This document shows positions 61,189 through 64,000 of a stretch of 64,000 bases of DNA, piece by piece. Where the stretch lies: contig OZ252149.1 in NCBI GenBank assembly GCA_965248755.1, positions 2,208,001 through 2,272,000 of the forward strand. Reading direction: 5' to 3'. A program made the translations under genes and the position numbers. The stretch comes from Candidatus Latescibacterota bacterium (GTDB lineage Bacteria > Latescibacterota > CBDEFO01). How positions within the stretch are numbered: position 1 is the stretch's first letter; each line of letters begins with the position of its first letter. The notes beneath the pieces are model-generated. The model was not told where the DNA came from. It was given only the letters and a program-made list of their open reading frames with translations, and ran no database searches.

Positions 61189-61549
61189 CGGACGATCACC
61201 ACCTTATAAGTGAAACAGGACAAAGAACAGGAGCCAGGCCCATCTGTACTTACACGTAACATCTGAAGATCTTTAGCAGGATGGAGATAAGACAGTTCAA
61301 GACATCTTGTTCTACCTTTATGATCGGACAAATCGGTCTCATTCTTTAATCTGTGTCTTCCAGGCAAAAGGAGCGGGAACCTTGATGGCTGCCATTTGGC
61401 ACTTGTAGTGACCAAAGGGAAGGTCCGCCATTTCTGAAACGCTATTTAATTGACGTTTCTGCCCGACATCTATTCCGCTGTTATCACATTGTAATTGACA
61501 ACACAACATTCGGAGAAAAATTATGGATGAAAAGAGGAGGAGCTCAGAA

Positions 61550-62049
61550 ATGCTAATTGCAACAATAGTAATAGGGATACTTGCAATTATTCTTCTTGCA
61601 CAGGGTACCACAACGTACGAGGAGAACACATCAGTGGTATGAAATTGGCCCTGAACATGACAGTTGGAATCCTACCATTGTTGTTTTTCTCTTTTAGTGT
61701 GGCCGGTATGATTCAGGTTCTTATCCCCCGCGAATTCTTCCAACTTGGGTGGGTGAAGAATCTGGTATTCGAGGGATATTGATCGGTACAATAGCTGGCG
61801 GTTTGGCCCCTGGCGGTCCTTTATGTCAATTTACGTATCGCTGCTGGACTCTTGCGCTCTGGAGCAAGCGCGGGGACTACGGTTGCGTTTTTGACAGGAT
61901 GGTCATTATGGGCAGCTGGAAGATTACCGATAGAAATAGGGATATTAGGTTGGAGATTTACTTTGATTCGTATTGCAAGTACATTTTTCTTTCCACCTGT
62001 GGCCGGATTGATAGCTCAGAAGTTCTTTGCAGGTGTTAAATGGATATAG
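61550..62049 (+). pseudogene. Frameshifted small permease (DUF318-like)
   Basis: GAGGAGGAG RBS. Pieces MLIATIVIG.., LPLL..AGMIQVLIP, GEESGIRGILIG..GGLAPGGP, GASAGTTVAFLTGW..E..ILGWRF are spread over several frames. Confidence 0.8.
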
Positions 62050-62220
62050 GTGATACCAAAACGCGCAAATTACGGAGACAATGCCTTTTGCCTCCTTTAT
62101 AGGGAGCATTCTGTTTCAGAATCCAGGGCAAAAATAGATCGAGGTCACGGTTCAGATCCTGGGAAACCGACAAGGCAACCCTGTGTAAGTTTGTAGGGCA
62201 AAGGAACTGGGAAAATTTGC

Positions 62221-62249
62221 TTGACAAAGCGGTCAAATAGAAGTATTAT
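62221..62249 (+). promoter_or_regulatory. Sigma70-type promoter for HD-GYP gene
   Basis: TTGACA-17 bp-TATTAT. GGAGG RBS before 62387. Confidence 0.65.
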
Positions 62250-62386
62250 GTATAGTTAGGAGACAAACATAAATATGGGAGGAAAAGAGAGCGGCCAATT
62301 CGACCCCTCGGACGAATTGAAAGACTCCTGAAAGAGTAAAAACTCGATGTAATTGGGATCTCAAGCTCCATTGGAGGTTTTACATA

Positions 62387-63469
62387 ATGAGGATTATGCA
62401 GATAGATAGTGTTCCTCCAGGCTCCATAGTAGAAAGGAATATATACTCCGCTGACGGTGTGGTTCTAGTAGGACACGGAGTGGAACTTACTCCAAGGTAT
62501 ATAGAGCGACTCAAGAGCCTGGGGGTACAGTCAATGTATATATACGACAAAAGGTTTGAGGACGTGGATGTTCACGACGTGGTATCGGAAAGAACCAGAT
62601 CCTCCGTTTCCTCAGCCGTAAAGAAGATATTTTCGAAGGTTGAACAGTCACTCCAGTCCGAGTCAGATACGGCTGTAGACAAAGGTGAAGTGAGGTCAGT
62701 CGCAAGCAAGATCGTAGATGACCTGATAGTAAGCAGTACCGATATAGTTAATCTGGCAGATCTAAAGACCTACGATGACTACACGTATCAGCATTCCGTG
62801 CAGGTGTGCATCTTGAGCATTCTGGTGGCAATGGGAATGGGGTACGACGAAAATCGGCTCAAGACGCTTGCAATGGGCGTGCTCTTGCGCGATATTGGGG
62901 AGGTTATGATTCCACCTGAGATCAAAAACAAGCCCGGAAAACTGACAGACGAAGAATCTGTGGAGATGCAGAAGCATCCATCAAACGGATTCCAGATACT
63001 CCAGGACAGAGCGGATCTGGATCCTGTGGTTACATATGTGGCGCTTCAGCACCACGAGAAACTGAACGGGAGAGGCTACCCACAGGGCCTCAAAGGAGAT
63101 GAGATCCATGAGTTTTCAAAGATCACAATAGTGGCGGACATCCACGATGCCGTGACTTCAAACAGAATCTACAAAGGAAGAGTAGCTCCTCATAAGGTCT
63201 TAAACCTGTTAGCAGCAAAGTCAGGTGAGGAGTTCGACCCCAGGGTAGTGGAAATCTTTCTTTCAAAGGTCGCCAGGTACCCCGAGGGGAGCATAGTAGC
63301 ACTGAAGACTGGAGAAAGGGCAGTGGTGCTGAAGAATGTTCAGGGGGAATTGGACAAACCCCAAATTCGAATCATAGCTGACAGAGACGGCGTTGAAATA
63401 GATGAACCATACACAATAGATCTTTCCAAAAATGATGCTCCAAAGATCGTAAGAATAGTAGAGTGGTAG
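62387..63469 (+). CDS. HD-GYP domain protein (c-di-GMP phosphodiesterase family), HD motif altered
   Basis: DDYTYQHSV.V, LLRDIG, KPGKLT, QHHEKLNGRGYP, VADIHDA. Confidence 0.9.
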   Translation: MRIMQIDSVPPGSIVERNIYSADGVVLVGHGVELTPRYIERLKSLGVQSMYIYDKRFEDVDVHDVVSERTRSSVSSAVKKIFSKVEQSLQSESDTAVDKGEVRSVASKIVDDLIVSSTDIVNLADLKTYDDYTYQHSVQVCILSILVAMGMGYDENRLKTLAMGVLLRDIGEVMIPPEIKNKPGKLTDEESVEMQKHPSNGFQILQDRADLDPVVTYVALQHHEKLNGRGYPQGLKGDEIHEFSKITIVADIHDAVTSNRIYKGRVAPHKVLNLLAAKSGEEFDPRVVEIFLSKVARYPEGSIVALKTGERAVVLKNVQGELDKPQIRIIADRDGVEIDEPYTIDLSKNDAPKIVRIVEW

Positions 63470-63495
63470 AGATTGAAGAAAGTAGATGAAGGTTA

Positions 63496-63602
63496 CGGGT
63501 TATGCGTGATTCGACAGCGCAAGTTTTGGTTTCAGAGATTCACCTATCCAGTTTTTCTTGTTCCATAGTTTTTCATAATCTTTTGTTTTGTTTAGGTTAA
63601 CA
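63496..63602. repeat. Dispersed direct repeat, copy 2
   Basis: Matches 59756-59860. Confidence 0.6.
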
Positions 63603-64000
63603 GGGTTTCACCTCCCAGAATATTTCTTGGTTTTTCACGGCCTTCCGGCCTATTCCAGTAAAAATCGACTACAAATTGGTGGAAAAGTCAAGGTCAGTTA
63701 CGATCCGAAGCGCAACCGAAGTGTAGCAAGTCTTAAATAAGGATAGCTTATTTTGTATATTTGGTTTAATAAGTATTACTGAAGTTGACTAAGCTGTGAC
63801 CGGTCAGACTAAAGGTGTGAAAATAGAGGTGTCACTAACGTAGGAAAATCAATAGAAAACAAGAAGCATAAACGTTCTGGACGAAGCATAATAGTTCTGG
63901 GAAGATTCCCCGGAGCGCAGATGTTAAGCAAAAACTCTTCATTCTGCAATGTCTTGGAGCATTCGATTCCCCCAAGGAAGCCGTAGACTAACACTGGCAC

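Noticed and set aside
62100..62386. c-di-GMP riboswitch upstream of the HD-GYP gene
   Set aside because: GGCAAA-like words are present, but the GEMM two-stem architecture (GNRA loop/receptor) could not be built. Needs Infernal.
63809..64000. Minus-strand ORF at window end
   Set aside because: Short, truncated and without a recognisable motif, so it cannot be supported.

Overview
Bacterial chromosomal window, gene-dense and mostly housekeeping. An FCB-group candidate lineage such as Latescibacterota is inferred, not proven, from FlgD-Ig/'PNPF' C-terminal domains, a WGxIK-type tail and FG-GAP/dockerin-like proteins. Contents in order: a large secreted S8 protease; tag; lptE; an unexplained three-gene block (two Hsp90/GHKL-like ATPase proteins, one fused across a membrane to an intact transglutaminase domain, plus a 2-TM protein); thiL; an orphan BMC shell gene; a TIR/NDT-like gene; a minus-strand operon of secreted proteins; the ilvBNC-leuACDB-cimA-alaC-argJ-aspC cluster, interrupted by a nuclease-like/GNAT/toxin-antitoxin insert; rseP-dxr-cdsA-uppS-fau-envC-ftsXE; a mosaic REC-HARE-HTH-endonuclease protein; surA/PPIase/mfd; two pseudogenes; and a degenerate HD-GYP protein. 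Best novelty candidates: (1) the GHKL/GHKL-transglutaminase/TM operon; (2) a 21-bp palindrome present at 7 loci, nested in other hairpins and inserted in frame in two genes; (3) RseP carrying a degenerate histidine-kinase ATPase fold; (4) the receiver-nuclease chimera. No rRNA, tRNA, CRISPR array or transposase was recognised. All calls come from motif recognition by eye; no searches were run.
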